DNA of 64,000 nt from Escherichia coli (lineage in GTDB: Bacteria; Pseudomonadota; Gammaproteobacteria; Enterobacterales; Enterobacteriaceae). Positions 1-15,328 of this stretch are shown here, one piece after another. Numbering within the stretch: the first letter of the stretch is position 1; each line of letters starts with the position of its first letter. A program made the translations under genes and the position numbers. The notes under the pieces were generated by a model that was not told where the DNA came from, ran no database searches, and was given only the letters and a program-made list of their open reading frames with translations. The stretch is from assembly GCF_024502345.1 (NCBI RefSeq), contig NZ_JALDNN010000001.1. One strand, given 5' to 3'.

Positions 1-1
1 G

Positions 2-745
2 CATTACGCCGCGACTACGCCGATTGTCGATATGGTGCGCTTCTCTCCGGCGCAACTGGACGCCGAAGCGCTGATTAATCTGCTGCGCCCGCTGACGCCG
101 CGTCTCTATTCCATCGCCTCCTCGCAGGCGGAAGTCGAGAACGAAGTACACGTCACCGTTGGTGTGGTGCGTTACGACGTGGAAGGCCGCGCCCGTGCCG
201 GTGGTGCCTCCAGCTTCCTCGCGGACCGCGTGGAAGAAGAGGGCGAAGTTCGCGTATTTATCGAACATAACGATAACTTCCGCCTGCCCGCTAACCCGGA
301 AACCCCGGTGATTATGATTGGCCCAGGCACCGGCATCGCGCCGTTCCGCGCCTTTATGCAGCAGCGCGCCGCTGACGAAGCGCCGGGTAAAAACTGGCTG
401 TTCTTTGGCAACCCGCATTTTACGGAAGATTTCCTCTACCAGGTGGAGTGGCAGCGCTACGTCAAAGAGGGCGTGCTGACACGTATCGATCTCGCCTGGT
501 CGCGCGATCAAAAAGAAAAAGTTTACGTACAAGACAAACTGCGCGAACAGGGCGCGGAGCTGTGGCGCTGGATCAATGACGGTGCCCACATTTATGTCTG
601 CGGCGACGCTAATCGCATGGCGAAAGACGTTGAGCAGGCACTTCTGGAAGTGATTGCCGAATTTGGTGGCATGGACACCGAAGCGGCGGATGAATTTTTA
701 AGTGAGCTGCGCGTAGAGCGCCGTTATCAGCGAGATGTCTACTAA
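2..745 (+). CDS. cysJ: Sulfite reductase [NADPH] flavoprotein alpha subunit, C-terminal part (5' end lies outside window)
   Basis: ORF 32..745 in frame from window edge; FAD/NADPH-binding C-terminal motifs; directly precedes cysI with 1-bp ATG/TAA overlap as in E. coli. Confidence 0.93.
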   Translation, partial: HYAATTPIVDMVRFSPAQLDAEALINLLRPLTPRLYSIASSQAEVENEVHVTVGVVRYDVEGRARAGGASSFLADRVEEEGEVRVFIEHNDNFRLPANPETPVIMIGPGTGIAPFRAFMQQRAADEAPGKNWLFFGNPHFTEDFLYQVEWQRYVKEGVLTRIDLAWSRDQKEKVYVQDKLREQGAELWRWINDGAHIYVCGDANRMAKDVEQALLEVIAEFGGMDTEAADEFLSELRVERRYQRDVY

Positions 746-2457
746 TGAGCGAAAAACATCCAGGGCCTTTAGTGGTCGAAGGAAAACTGACAGACGCCGA
801 GCGCATGAAGCTTGAAAGCAACTACCTGCGCGGCACCATTGCGGAAGATTTAAACGACGGTCTGACCGGCGGCTTTAAGGGCGACAACTTCCTGCTGATC
901 CGCTTCCACGGCATGTATCAGCAGGATGACCGCGACATCCGCGCCGAACGTGCTGAACAGAAGCTGGAGCCGCGCCACGCGATGCTGTTGCGCTGCCGTC
1001 TGCCGGGTGGGGTGATTACCACTAAACAGTGGCAGGCGATCGACAAATTTGCCGGTGAAAACACCATCTATGGCAGCATTCGCCTGACCAACCGCCAGAC
1101 GTTTCAGTTCCACGGCATTCTGAAAAAGAACGTCAAACCGGTGCACCAGATGCTGCACTCGGTCGGTCTTGATGCGCTGGCGACCGCTAACGACATGAAC
1201 CGTAACGTACTCTGCACCTCGAACCCTTACGAGTCGCAGCTACACGCGGAAGCGTATGAATGGGCGAAGAAAATCTCTGAACATCTGCTGCCGCGTACCC
1301 GCGCGTATGCGGAGATCTGGCTCGATCAGGAAAAAGTCGCCACCACCGATGAAGAACCGATCCTCGGCCAGACCTACCTGCCGCGTAAATTCAAAACCAC
1401 GGTAGTGATCCCGCCACAGAACGATATCGATCTGCACGCCAACGACATGAACTTCGTGGCAATCGCCGAAAACGGCAAGCTGGTGGGCTTTAACCTGCTG
1501 GTGGGCGGTGGGCTTTCCATCGAACACGGCAACAAGAAAACCTACGCCCGCACCGCGAGTGAGTTTGGCTATCTGCCGCTGGAGCATACGCTGGCAGTGG
1601 CGGAAGCCGTCGTGACAACTCAGCGTGACTGGGGTAACCGAACCGATCGTAAAAATGCCAAAACCAAATACACGCTGGAGCGCGTGGGGGTTGAGACGTT
1701 TAAAGCGGAAGTGGAGCGTCGCGCGGGGATCAAATTCGAGCCGATTCGCCCGTATGAGTTTACCGGACGCGGAGATCGTATTGGCTGGGTTAAGGGCATT
1801 GATGATAACTGGCACCTGACGCTGTTTATCGAAAATGGTCGCATCCTTGATTATCCGGGGCGTCCGCTGAAAACCGGCCTGCTGGAGATCGCGAAGATCC
1901 ACAAAGGCGATTTCCGCATTACGGCGAACCAGAATCTGATCATCGCCGGTGTGCCGGAAAGCGAGAAAGCGAAGATCGAGAAGATCGCTAAAGAGAGCGG
2001 GTTAATGAATGCCGTCACGCCGCAGCGTGAAAACTCAATGGCCTGCGTGTCATTCCCGACTTGCCCGCTGGCGATGGCGGAAGCGGAGCGTTTCCTGCCG
2101 TCTTTTATCGACAACATCGATAATTTAATGGCGAAACATGGTGTCAGCGATGAGCATATCGTGATGCGTGTAACAGGCTGCCCGAACGGTTGTGGTCGCG
2201 CGATGCTGGCGGAAGTGGGCCTGGTGGGTAAAGCGCCGGGTCGCTACAACCTGCATCTTGGCGGCAACCGTATTGGGACACGTATCCCACGGATGTATAA
2301 AGAAAACATCACCGAGCCGGAAATCCTGGCGTCGCTTGATGAACTGATAGGGCGCTGGGCGAAAGAGCGCGAAGCGGGTGAAGGCTTCGGCGACTTTACG
2401 GTGCGTGCGGGCATCATTCGCCCGGTGCTCGATCCGGCGCGCGATTTGTGGGATTAA
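745..2457 (+). CDS. cysI: Sulfite reductase hemoprotein beta subunit
   Basis: 570-aa ORF starting [22 protein letters not shown]; conserved position between cysJ and cysH. Confidence 0.95.
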
Positions 2458-2530
2458 CCATCAGCCCGGTCTTGTAGGCCTGATAAGACGCGTGAGCGTC
2501 GCATCAGGCAAGGCAAACAGTGAGGAATCT

Positions 2531-3265
2531 ATGTCCAAACTCGATCTAAACGCCCTGAACGAACTGCCGAAGGTAGATCGCATTCTGGCGCTGGCGGAAA
2601 CTAACGCCCAACTGGAAAAACTGGACGCTGAAGGCCGCGTAGCTTGGGCGCTGGATAATCTGCCCGGTGAATATGTACTTTCTTCCAGCTTTGGCATTCA
2701 GGCGGCGGTGAGCCTGCATCTGGTGAATCAAATTCGCCCGGATATTCCGGTGATCCTCACCGATACCGGTTACTTGTTCCCGGAAACCTACCGCTTTATT
2801 GACGAGTTAACGGACAAACTCAAGCTCAACCTGAAAGTGTACCGTGCTACCGAAAGCGCAGCCTGGCAGGAAGCACGCTACGGAAAACTGTGGGAACAGG
2901 GCGTTGAAGGCATTGAAAAGTACAATGACATCAACAAAGTCGAACCGATGAACCGGGCGCTGAAAGAACTTAACGCGCAAACGTGGTTTGCTGGCCTGCG
3001 CCGTGAACAATCCGGCAGCCGCGCCAATTTACCGGTGCTGGCAATTCAGCGTGGCGTATTTAAAGTGCTGCCGATTATCGACTGGGATAACCGAACGATA
3101 TATCAGTATCTGCAAAAGCATGGCCTGAAATATCACCCATTATGGGACGAAGGATATTTATCGGTGGGCGATACCCATACAACCCGTAAATGGGAACCCG
3201 GCATGGCGGAAGAAGAAACGCGTTTCTTTGGCTTAAAAAGGGAATGTGGGTTACACGAAGGGTAA
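2531..3265 (+). CDS. cysH: Phosphoadenosine phosphosulfate (PAPS) reductase
   Basis: ORF in frame 2378..3265; start set at ATG 2531 ([20 protein letters not shown]...), 244 aa, C-terminal ECGLH motif. Confidence 0.93.
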
Positions 3266-3282
3266 ATATTGTCGGATAAATT

Positions 3283-3320
3283 AAACGCCTCTGTCAGAAA
3301 TGATGGGGGCGTTTTTATTT
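3283..3320 (+). terminator. Rho-independent terminator after cysH
   Basis: GC stem aaacgcc ... ggcgttt followed by T-run (gtttttatttt). Confidence 0.6.
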
Positions 3321-3528
3321 TGCGAGCAGCATTCCTGATTTTAAACGTGAACGCCGCTGGAAGAATTATCAGGTATAGAATGGCGTCGGGTGCTTGAGGC
3401 TGTCTGGCGTTAAGCATTCGCGAGGTTCCAGATGGACAAAAGCCCCAGGCGATATTTCTATCAACCTGAGGCTCGCGTTCGAACGTAGCAATTCGAATGT
3501 TAGTCTCTTCTTTGCAGGGAGGCAAGAC

Positions 3529-3681
3529 ATGCTGACAAAATATGCCCTTGTGGCAATCATAGTGCTGTGTTTTACAGTACTGGGATTCACGCTGATGGTA
3601 GGCGACTCGTTGTGTGAGTTGAGTATCAGAGAACGTGGTATGGAGTTTAAGGCTGTTCTCGCTTACGAATCGAAGAAGTAG
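3529..3681 (+). CDS. Hok/Gef-family type I toxin (small membrane peptide), hokX-like locus
   Basis: 50-aa [53 protein letters not shown] preceded by gggagg RBS; matches Hok signature (hydrophobic N-terminus, SLCE(I/L), AYESxK); longer in-frame ORF 3394..3681 probably not translated as such. Confidence 0.72.
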   Translation: MLTKYALVAIIVLCFTVLGFTLMVGDSLCELSIRERGMEFKAVLAYESKK

Positions 3682-3870
3682 CCACCACGCGGGGGTAAAA
3701 CCCCGCGTATTGAATTGTGATGGTTTGGTCTCCTGCACCCTTTTTTAAATTTATATTTTTTATGTGAATATATTGTCTCTATTTATTATTATGAATTTCA
3801 AATGAAAATCATAAATTTATTCACAATATAAATGTTTTATTGGCTGATATATATCACAGATAATTTTTAA

Positions 3871-6135
<2,265 letters not shown>

Positions 6136-6231
6136 GTTAGACGTTCTTTAAAAATAAGGAAATGTTTTAATTTAGTTGGTAGATTGTTGATGCGGAATAA
6201 ATTTGTTTAAAAACAGTTATGTATGCTTAGT
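6136..6231 (+). promoter_or_regulatory. AT-rich CRISPR leader immediately upstream of first repeat
   Basis: AT-rich tract (…taaaaataaggaaatgttttaatttagttggtagattgttgatgcggaataaatttgtttaaaaacagttatgtatgcttagt) abutting repeat 1; orientation consistent with repeat sense strand. Confidence 0.55.
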
Positions 6232-6443
6232 GTGTTCCCCGCGCCAGCGGGGATAAACCGGGGCCGACGGTCGCAGTATTGGACCATTTCAAGTGTTCCC
6301 CGCGCCAGCGGGGATAAACCGACTCTTACATGCTTAATCAGATTCTGGCGGATGTGTTCCCCGCGCCAGCGGGGATAAACCGGGCGCACTGGATGCGATG
6401 ATGGATATCACTTAGAATTCCCCGCCCCTGCGGTAGAACTCCC
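6232..6443 (+). CRISPR. Short type I-E CRISPR array: 4 repeats (last degenerate), 3 spacers of 32 bp
   Basis: 29-bp repeat GTGTTCCCCGCGCCAGCGGGGATAAACCG at 6232-6260, 6293-6321, 6354-6382; degenerate terminal repeat gaattccccgcccctgcggtagaactccc at 6415-6443; spacers 6261-6292, 6322-6353, 6383-6414. Confidence 0.92.
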
Positions 6444-6463
6444 AGCTCCCATTTTCAAACCCA

Positions 6464-7501
6464 TCAAGACGCCTTCGCCAGCTCCTTCACCAACGGTAGC
6501 ATTATCCGCATAACGTCACGGCAGCGACGTTCTATTCTTCCAGGAAGTGCCTTATCAATATGCTGTTGATTATCCAGTCTTACGTCATGCCAGCTATTTC
6601 CCGCAGGGAATGCGGCTGTTTTTGCGCGTTGCTGATAACCATCCTTATTCCCAAGATTCCAGTTAGTCGCTTCCACCGAAAGTACAGCAATGCCCGCTTT
6701 GTCGAATATTTCTGCGTCATTACAACACCCAGTGCCTTTCGGATAATTTTTATTCAGACTCGGATTGGTCGTTGCGGCTATTCCGTGACTGCGCGCAATT
6801 GCCAGCGCCCTGTCGCGCGTTAATTTCCTTACTGATTCAGGGGTTTTTACACCGCTGTTGAAATACAATTTATCGCCAACAATTAAGTTATCGAGATTAA
6901 TCACCAGCAGCGTATTTTTCTTTTCGGTGTCACTCATCCGCTTGAGTAAATTCTCAGCGCCTAATTTCCCTTCCTCTTCGCCGCTGGTCGCCACAAATCG
7001 AATACCATACTCGGTAGGCGTATTTTTCAGGCGTTCTGCCAGTTCCAGCATGACACCTAAACCTGCGGCGTTATCATCCATTCCTTGTAACGTCAGCCCG
7101 CCGAGATTGGCATCGGCGTCAGCATCGCTCAGCGGGGCGTAAGTATCCAGATGCGCCATAATGATGATCTGCTGCGGCGCTTTGCCTTCATGAGCGGCAA
7201 TCACCGTACTTCCCGTCACGTTATGCCAGCTCTTACGATTATCGCGGGCGGTATAAATATACCGACTATTAAATGTCCGAATATCACTGCGATAACCCAT
7301 TTGCTGAAACTGTTGGCGAATATAATCGGCAGATAACATTTCTGCAGGAGTTCCGGTCATGCGTCCCGGAAAGAAAGTAGCAATATGTCGTGCCTGAGTA
7401 TTAGCAAAATCGCCAGGTTTAGGTGACGAGGCGTGTACGGGGAGAATAAAGCATACGCCGAGCGCCAGGGCAGCGGTACGGTGGCGCAATGCGGAAAACA
7501 T
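6464..7501 (-). CDS. iap: Alkaline phosphatase isozyme conversion aminopeptidase
   Basis: 345-aa ORF with signal peptide (MFSALRHRTAALALGVCFILPVHA), M28-type peptidase motifs; conserved position next to CRISPR array. Confidence 0.88.
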   Translation of the reverse strand: MFSALRHRTAALALGVCFILPVHASSPKPGDFANTQARHIATFFPGRMTGTPAEMLSADYIRQQFQQMGYRSDIRTFNSRYIYTARDNRKSWHNVTGSTVIAAHEGKAPQQIIIMAHLDTYAPLSDADADANLGGLTLQGMDDNAAGLGVMLELAERLKNTPTEYGIRFVATSGEEEGKLGAENLLKRMSDTEKKNTLLVINLDNLIVGDKLYFNSGVKTPESVRKLTRDRALAIARSHGIAATTNPSLNKNYPKGTGCCNDAEIFDKAGIAVLSVEATNWNLGNKDGYQQRAKTAAFPAGNSWHDVRLDNQQHIDKALPGRIERRCRDVMRIMLPLVKELAKAS

Positions 7502-7752
7502 AGTGAGTCCTTAAATACCATGCAAATTTTTTTACCGCCATAGTATGAAACTGCCGCTGCGCTAAAACAATTTCAAATCTTCCTAAACGCCCGAAATCCG
7601 GTGCCTTAAGCACTTTTTGATATTAGCTTTGCCAAATCGTTATTCCGTTAAGGAACTACTCATTCTAATTGGTAATTTCATTCGTTCTCTTACGCTCCCT
7701 ATAGTCGAAACATCTGATGGCAAGAAAATAGCGGTATTGCAAAGGAACGGTT

Positions 7753-8661
7753 ATGGATCAAAAACGACTTACTCACCTGCGGCAACTGGAGGCGGAAAGC
7801 ATCCACATTATTCGCGAGGTGGCGGCAGAATTCTCAAATCCGGTGATGCTCTACTCTATCGGTAAAGATTCCAGCGTCATGCTGCATCTGGCGCGCAAGG
7901 CGTTTTATCCAGGTACGCTGCCTTTCCCGTTGCTGCATGTTGATACCGGCTGGAAATTCCGCGAGATGTATGAGTTCCGCGATCGTACGGCTAAAGCCTA
8001 CGGCTGCGAGTTGCTGGTGCATAAAAACCCGGAAGGCGTGGCGATGGGGATTAATCCATTCGTGCACGGCAGCGCGAAACATACCGATATTATGAAGACC
8101 GAAGGCCTGAAGCAGGCGCTGAATAAATACGGTTTTGATGCCGCCTTCGGTGGTGCGCGCCGCGACGAAGAGAAATCCCGTGCTAAAGAGCGTATCTACT
8201 CTTTCCGTGATCGCTTCCATCGCTGGGACCCGAAAAATCAGCGCCCGGAGCTGTGGCACAACTATAACGGGCAGATTAACAAAGGCGAAAGCATCCGCGT
8301 TTTCCCGCTCTCTAACTGGACCGAGCAGGATATCTGGCAATACATCTGGCTGGAAAATATCGACATTGTGCCGCTGTATCTCGCTGCGGAACGTCCGGTT
8401 CTGGAACGCGACGGTATGTTGATGATGATTGATGACAACCGTATCGACCTGCAACCGGGCGAAGTGATCAAAAAACGGATGGTGCGTTTCCGTACGCTGG
8501 GCTGCTGGCCGCTGACCGGTGCGGTGGAGTCAAATGCACAAACACTGCCGGAAATCATTGAAGAGATGCTGGTTTCCACCACCAGTGAACGTCAGGGCCG
8601 CGTGATTGACCGCGACCAGGCGGGATCCATGGAGCTGAAAAAACGTCAGGGGTATTTTTAA
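7753..8661 (+). CDS. cysD: Sulfate adenylyltransferase subunit 2
   Basis: 302-aa [30 protein letters not shown]..., PAPS-reductase-like fold; precedes cysN. Confidence 0.95.
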   Translation: MDQKRLTHLRQLEAESIHIIREVAAEFSNPVMLYSIGKDSSVMLHLARKAFYPGTLPFPLLHVDTGWKFREMYEFRDRTAKAYGCELLVHKNPEGVAMGINPFVHGSAKHTDIMKTEGLKQALNKYGFDAAFGGARRDEEKSRAKERIYSFRDRFHRWDPKNQRPELWHNYNGQINKGESIRVFPLSNWTEQDIWQYIWLENIDIVPLYLAAERPVLERDGMLMMIDDNRIDLQPGEVIKKRMVRFRTLGCWPLTGAVESNAQTLPEIIEEMLVSTTSERQGRVIDRDQAGSMELKKRQGYF

Positions 8662-8662
8662 G

Positions 8663-10090
8663 ATGAACACCGCACTTGCACAACAAATCGCCAATGAAGG
8701 CGGCGTCGAAGCCTGGATGATTGCGCAACAACATAAAAGCCTGCTGCGTTTTCTGACCTGTGGTAGCGTCGATGACGGCAAAAGTACCCTGATTGGTCGT
8801 CTGCTGCACGATACCCGCCAAATCTATGAAGATCAGCTCTCATCGCTGCATAACGACAGTAAGCGTCACGGCACCCAGGGCGAAAAGCTGGATCTGGCAC
8901 TGCTGGTGGACGGCCTGCAAGCTGAGCGCGAACAGGGCATCACCATTGACGTGGCTTACCGTTATTTCTCTACCGAGAAGCGTAAATTTATTATCGCCGA
9001 CACCCCAGGGCACGAGCAGTACACCCGCAATATGGCGACTGGCGCATCGACATGTGAACTGGCGATCTTACTGATCGATGCCCGTAAAGGCGTGCTCGAT
9101 CAAACCCGTCGTCACAGTTTTATCTCCACACTGTTGGGGATCAAACATCTGGTCGTGGCGATCAACAAAATGGATCTGGTGGATTACAGTGAAGAGACGT
9201 TCACCCGTATTCGTGAAGATTATCTGACCTTTGCCGGGCAGCTGCCGGGTCATCTGGATATCCGCTTTGTGCCGCTCTCCGCACTGGAAGGTGACAACGT
9301 GGCTTCGCAAAGTGAAAGTATGCCGTGGTACAGCGGTCCGACACTGCTCGAAGTGCTGGAAACCGTGGAGATCCAGCGAGTGGTGGATGCCCAGCCAATG
9401 CGCTTCCCGGTGCAGTACGTTAACCGCCCAAATCTCGATTTTCGTGGCTACGCCGGAACGCTGGCATCCGGTCGCGTGGAAGTCGGGCAACGTGTAAAAG
9501 TGCTGCCCTCTGGTGTGGAATCAAACGTCGCGCGGATCGTGACTTTTGATGGTGATCGCGAAGAAGCCTTTGCCGGAGAAGCGATCACCCTGGTGCTGAC
9601 GGATGAGATCGACATCAGCCGTGGCGATCTGCTGCTGGCGGCAGACGAAGCGTTACCAGCTGTGCAGAGCGCGTCGGTGGATGTGGTATGGATGGCGGAA
9701 CAGCCGCTTTCCCCGGGCCAGAGTTATGACATCAAAATTGCCGGTAAGAAGACGCGTGCGCGTGTTGATGGCATTCGTTATCAGGTTGATATTAATAACC
9801 TTACCCAACGCGAAGTTGAAAACCTGCCGCTGAACGGCATCGGCCTGGTGGATCTCACTTTTGACGAGCCGCTGGTGTTAGATCGTTATCAGCAAAACCC
9901 GGTTACCGGTGGGCTGATTTTTATCGATCGCCTGAGCAATGTGACCGTAGGTGCCGGTATGGTGCATGAGCCAGTTAGCCAGGCAACTGCTGCGCCATCT
10001 GAATTTAGTGCATTCGAACTGGAATTGAATGCCCTGGTTCGCCGCCACTTTCCACACTGGGGCGCGCGCGATTTGCTGGGGGATAAATAA
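8663..10090 (+). CDS. cysN: Sulfate adenylyltransferase subunit 1 (GTPase)
   Basis: 475-aa ORF with GTP-binding motifs ([19 protein letters not shown]). Confidence 0.95.
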   Translation: MNTALAQQIANEGGVEAWMIAQQHKSLLRFLTCGSVDDGKSTLIGRLLHDTRQIYEDQLSSLHNDSKRHGTQGEKLDLALLVDGLQAEREQGITIDVAYRYFSTEKRKFIIADTPGHEQYTRNMATGASTCELAILLIDARKGVLDQTRRHSFISTLLGIKHLVVAINKMDLVDYSEETFTRIREDYLTFAGQLPGHLDIRFVPLSALEGDNVASQSESMPWYSGPTLLEVLETVEIQRVVDAQPMRFPVQYVNRPNLDFRGYAGTLASGRVEVGQRVKVLPSGVESNVARIVTFDGDREEAFAGEAITLVLTDEIDISRGDLLLAADEALPAVQSASVDVVWMAEQPLSPGQSYDIKIAGKKTRARVDGIRYQVDINNLTQREVENLPLNGIGLVDLTFDEPLVLDRYQQNPVTGGLIFIDRLSNVTVGAGMVHEPVSQATAAPSEFSAFELELNALVRRHFPHWGARDLLGDK

Positions 10091-10695
10091 TGGCGCTGCA
10101 TGACGAAAACGTCGTCTGGCATAGCCATTCGGTCACTGTGCAACAACGCGAGCTACACCACGGTCATCGTGGTGTAGTGCTGTGGTTTACCGGCCTCTCC
10201 GGGTCCGGTAAATCAACGGTCGCCGGGGCGCTGGAGGAGGCGTTACATAAACTCGGCGTCAGTACGTATCTGCTGGATGGCGACAATGTTCGCCACGGAT
10301 TATGCAGCGATCTCGGTTTTAGCGATGCCGATCGTAAAGAGAATATCCGTCGCGTCGGTGAAGTGGCGAATTTGATGGTTGAAGCCGGACTGGTGGTGCT
10401 GACCGCATTTATCTCGCCACACCGCGCCGAACGCCAGATGGTTCGCGAACGCGTAGGAGAAGGGCGCTTTATCGAAGTGTTTGTCGATACGCCGCTGGCG
10501 ATTTGCGAAGCCCGCGATCCCAAAGGCTTATATAAGAAAGCGCGTGCCGGTGAACTGCGCAACTTTACGGGAATAGATTCCGTTTACGAAGCGCCTGAAT
10601 CGGCAGAAATTCATCTCAATGGTGAACAATTAGTAACAAATTTGGTACAGCAATTATTAGATCTGTTGAGACAGAACGATATTATCAGATCCTGA
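10090..10695 (+). CDS. cysC: Adenylyl-sulfate (APS) kinase
   Basis: 201-aa ORF with P-loop GLSGSGKST; overlaps cysN stop. Confidence 0.95.
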   Translation: MALHDENVVWHSHSVTVQQRELHHGHRGVVLWFTGLSGSGKSTVAGALEEALHKLGVSTYLLDGDNVRHGLCSDLGFSDADRKENIRRVGEVANLMVEAGLVVLTAFISPHRAERQMVRERVGEGRFIEVFVDTPLAICEARDPKGLYKKARAGELRNFTGIDSVYEAPESAEIHLNGEQLVTNLVQQLLDLLRQNDIIRS

Positions 10696-10744
10696 GACAC
10701 CACCGGGTTTCCATGCCCGGTTCGTCAAAGTAACAGGATCAAAT

Positions 10745-11068
10745 ATGCGTAATAGCCATAACATTACACTAACAAATAACGACAGCCTTACTGAGGATGA
10801 AGAAACCACATGGTCACTGTCTGGTGCCGTGGTCGGTTTTATCTCCTGGTTATTTGCGCTGGCGATGCCGATGTTGATTTATGGCTCTAACACGCTGTTC
10901 TTCTTTATCTACACCTGGCCTTTCTTTCTGGCACTGATGCCTGTCGCGGTAGTGGTGGGGATTGCGCTGCATTCATTGATGGACGGAAAGCTACGCTACA
11001 GTATTGTTTTCACCCTGATGACAGTAGGCATTATGTTTGGCGCACTGTTTATGTGGCTACTGGGCTAA
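10745..11068 (+). CDS. ygbE: Inner membrane protein YgbE
   Basis: 107-aa hydrophobic ORF in conserved position between cysC and ftsB. Confidence 0.8.
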   Translation: MRNSHNITLTNNDSLTEDEETTWSLSGAVVGFISWLFALAMPMLIYGSNTLFFFIYTWPFFLALMPVAVVVGIALHSLMDGKLRYSIVFTLMTVGIMFGALFMWLLG

Positions 11069-11261
11069 TTTGTACTTTCCCGTCTCCTCTGTTCATAATT
11101 CAAACCGTAACTAATAATGAGATTATGTTCTGCACGCCCTGGGTATACGTAACAATGGACAAATGTGGTACATTTGCCCGCGTTGTCGCGGTATCCCCAA
11201 CAGAGGATGTAGAGTCGTCTTCGGATGCATGGGATGATGATGCCGTTTTTCAGGGGGCAGG

Positions 11262-11573
11262 ATGGGTAAACTAACGCTGCTGTTGCTGGCTATTCTGGTC
11301 TGGCTACAGTATTCGCTGTGGTTCGGTAAGAACGGTATACATGACTATACCCGCGTCAATGATGATGTGGCGGCACAGCAAGCTACAAACGCGAAACTTA
11401 AAGCGCGAAACGATCAACTTTTTGCCGAAATTGACGATCTCAATGGCGGCCAGGAGGCGCTCGAAGAGCGTGCGCGTAATGAACTCAGCATGACCAGGCC
11501 GGGCGAAACTTTTTATCGTCTGGTGCCTGACGCGTCGAAGCGCGCACAGTCTGCGGGGCAAAACAATCGATAA
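11262..11573 (+). CDS. ftsB: Cell division protein FtsB
   Basis: 103-aa [28 protein letters not shown]..., TM helix plus coiled coil. Confidence 0.9.
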
Positions 11574-11591
11574 ATCAGCCCGGGAATTAAC

Positions 11592-12302
11592 ATGGCAACC
11601 ACTCATTTGGATGTTTGCGCCGTGGTTCCGGCGGCCGGATTTGGCCGTCGAATGCAAACGGAATGTCCTAAGCAATATCTCTCAATCGGTAATCAAACCA
11701 TTCTTGAACACTCGGTGCATGCGCTGCTGGCGCATCCCCGGGTGAAACGTGTCGTCATTGCCATAAGTCCTGGCGATAGCCGTTTTGCACAACTTCCTCT
11801 GGCGAATCATCCGCAAATCACCGTTGTAGATGGCGGTGATGAGCGTGCCGATTCCGTGCTGGCAGGTTTGAAAGCCGCTGGCGACGCGCAGTGGGTATTG
11901 GTGCATGACGCCGCTCGTCCTTGTCTGCATCAGGATGACCTCGCGCGATTGTTGGCGTTGAGCGAAACCAGCCGCACGGGAGGGATCCTAGCCGCACCAG
12001 TGCGCGATACTATGAAACGTGCCGAACCGGGCAAAAATGCCATTGCTCATACCGTTGATCGCAACGGCTTATGGCACGCGCTGACGCCGCAATTTTTCCC
12101 TCGTGAGCTGTTACATGACTGTCTGACGCGCGCTCTAAATGAAGGCGCGACTATTACCGACGAAGCCTCGGCGCTGGAATATTGCGGATTCCATCCTCAG
12201 TTGGTCGAAGGCCGTGCGGATAACATTAAAGTCACGCGCCCGGAGGATTTGGCACTGGCCGAGTTTTACCTCACCCGAACCATCCATCAGGAGAATACAT
12301 AA
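11592..12302 (+). CDS. ispD: 2-C-methyl-D-erythritol 4-phosphate cytidylyltransferase
   Basis: 236-aa [15 protein letters not shown]-terminal motif. Confidence 0.94.
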   Translation: MATTHLDVCAVVPAAGFGRRMQTECPKQYLSIGNQTILEHSVHALLAHPRVKRVVIAISPGDSRFAQLPLANHPQITVVDGGDERADSVLAGLKAAGDAQWVLVHDAARPCLHQDDLARLLALSETSRTGGILAAPVRDTMKRAEPGKNAIAHTVDRNGLWHALTPQFFPRELLHDCLTRALNEGATITDEASALEYCGFHPQLVEGRADNIKVTRPEDLALAEFYLTRTIHQENT

Positions 12303-12781
12303 TGCGAATTGGACACGGTTTTGACGTACACGCCTTTGGCGGTGAAGGCCCAATTATCATTGGTGGCGTACGCATTCCTTACAAAAAAGGATTGCTGGCG
12401 CATTCTGATGGCGACGTGGCGCTCCATGCGTTGACCGATGCATTGCTTGGCGCGGCGGCGCTGGGGGATATCGGCAAGCTGTTCCCGGATACCGATCCGG
12501 CATTTAAAGGTGCCGACAGCCGCGAGCTGCTACGCGAAGCCTGGCGTCGTATTCAGGCGAAGGGTTATACCCTTGGCAACGTCGATGTCACTATCATCGC
12601 TCAGGCACCGAAGATGTTGCCGCACATTCCACAAATGCGCGTGTTTATTGCCGAAGATCTCGGCTGCCATATGGATGATGTTAACGTGAAAGCCACTACT
12701 ACGGAAAAACTTGGATTTACCGGACGTGGGGAAGGGATTGCCTGTGAAGCGGTGGCGCTACTCATTAAGGCAACAAAATGA
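12302..12781 (+). CDS. ispF: 2-C-methyl-D-erythritol 2,4-cyclodiphosphate synthase
   Basis: 159-aa [30 protein letters not shown]... Confidence 0.95.
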   Translation: MRIGHGFDVHAFGGEGPIIIGGVRIPYKKGLLAHSDGDVALHALTDALLGAAALGDIGKLFPDTDPAFKGADSRELLREAWRRIQAKGYTLGNVDVTIIAQAPKMLPHIPQMRVFIAEDLGCHMDDVNVKATTTEKLGFTGRGEGIACEAVALLIKATK

Positions 12782-13807
12782 TTGAGTTTGATAATCTCAC
12801 TTACCTCCACGGTGAACCGCAAGGCACCGGGCTGCTGAAAGCCAATCCGGAAGACTTTGTGGTGGTGGAAGATTTGGGCTTTGAGCCTGATGGTGAAGGT
12901 GAGCATATTCTGGTTAGAATCCTCAAAAACGGCTGCAATACCCGATTTGTGGCGGATGCACTGGCGAAATTCCTGAAAATTCATGCCCGTGAAGTCAGCT
13001 TCGCTGGGCAAAAAGACAAACATGCTGTTACGGAACAGTGGTTATGCGCTCGCGTGCCAGGCAAGGAAATGCCCGATCTGAGCGCCTTTCAACTGGAAGG
13101 CTGCCAGGTGCTGGAGTATGCGCGGCACAAGCGCAAGCTGCGTTTAGGCGCGCTGAAAGGTAACGCCTTTACCCTGGTTCTGCGCGAAGTGAGCAATCGC
13201 GATGACGTTGAACAACGTCTGATCGATATTTGCGTAAAAGGTGTACCGAACTACTTCGGTGCCCAACGTTTTGGGATTGGCGGTAGCAACTTGCAGGGGG
13301 CGCAGCGCTGGGCGCAAACCAATACTCCGGTGCGCGATCGCAATAAACGGAGTTTTTGGTTGTCGGCAGCCCGCAGTGCGTTGTTTAATCAGATTGTTGC
13401 TGAGCGCCTCAAAAAAGCAGACGTTAATCAAGTTGTTGACGGCGATGCGCTACAATTAGCCGGACGTGGTAGCTGGTTTGTCGCAACCACCGAAGAACTG
13501 GCGGAATTACAGCGTCGCGTTAACGATAAAGAGCTGATGATAACCGCCGCATTGCCGGGCAGTGGCGAATGGGGAACTCAGCGTGAAGCGCTGGCATTCG
13601 AACAAGCAGCTGTCGCCGCAGAAACTGAATTACAAGCTTTACTGGTGCGCGAAAAAGTTGAAGCCGCGCGCAGAGCGATGCTGCTGTATCCGCAACAATT
13701 AAGCTGGAATTGGTGGGATGACGTCACCGTAGAGATCCGTTTCTGGCTTCCGGCGGGTAGTTTTGCAACCAGCGTTGTCAGGGAACTTATCAACACAACA
13801 GGTGATT

Positions 13808-13827
<20 letters not shown>
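12778..13827 (+). CDS. truD: tRNA pseudouridine(13) synthase
   Basis: 349-aa ORF in conserved position after ispF. Confidence 0.9.
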
Positions 13828-15189
<1,362 letters not shown>

Positions 15190-15328
15190 AACGTGAGGAA
15201 ATACCTGGATTTTTCCTGGTTATTTTGCCGCAGGTCAGCGTATCGTGAACATCTTTTCCAGTGTTCAGTATGGTGCCTTGCACGGTAATTATGTCACTGG
15301 TTATTAACCAATTTTTCCTGGGGGATAA

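Noticed and set aside
1240-1902. 220-aa minus-strand ORF inside cysI (and many similar 60-200 aa antisense or overlapping ORFs throughout the core genes)
   Set aside because: Embedded in and antisense to conserved, intact core genes; no RBS or family signal; treated as spurious.
3394-3528. Upstream in-frame extension giving a 95-aa protein including the hok-like peptide
   Set aside because: Hok-family toxins are about 50 aa; the upstream portion has no RBS and probably corresponds to the structured leader/mok region of the mRNA rather than protein-coding sequence.
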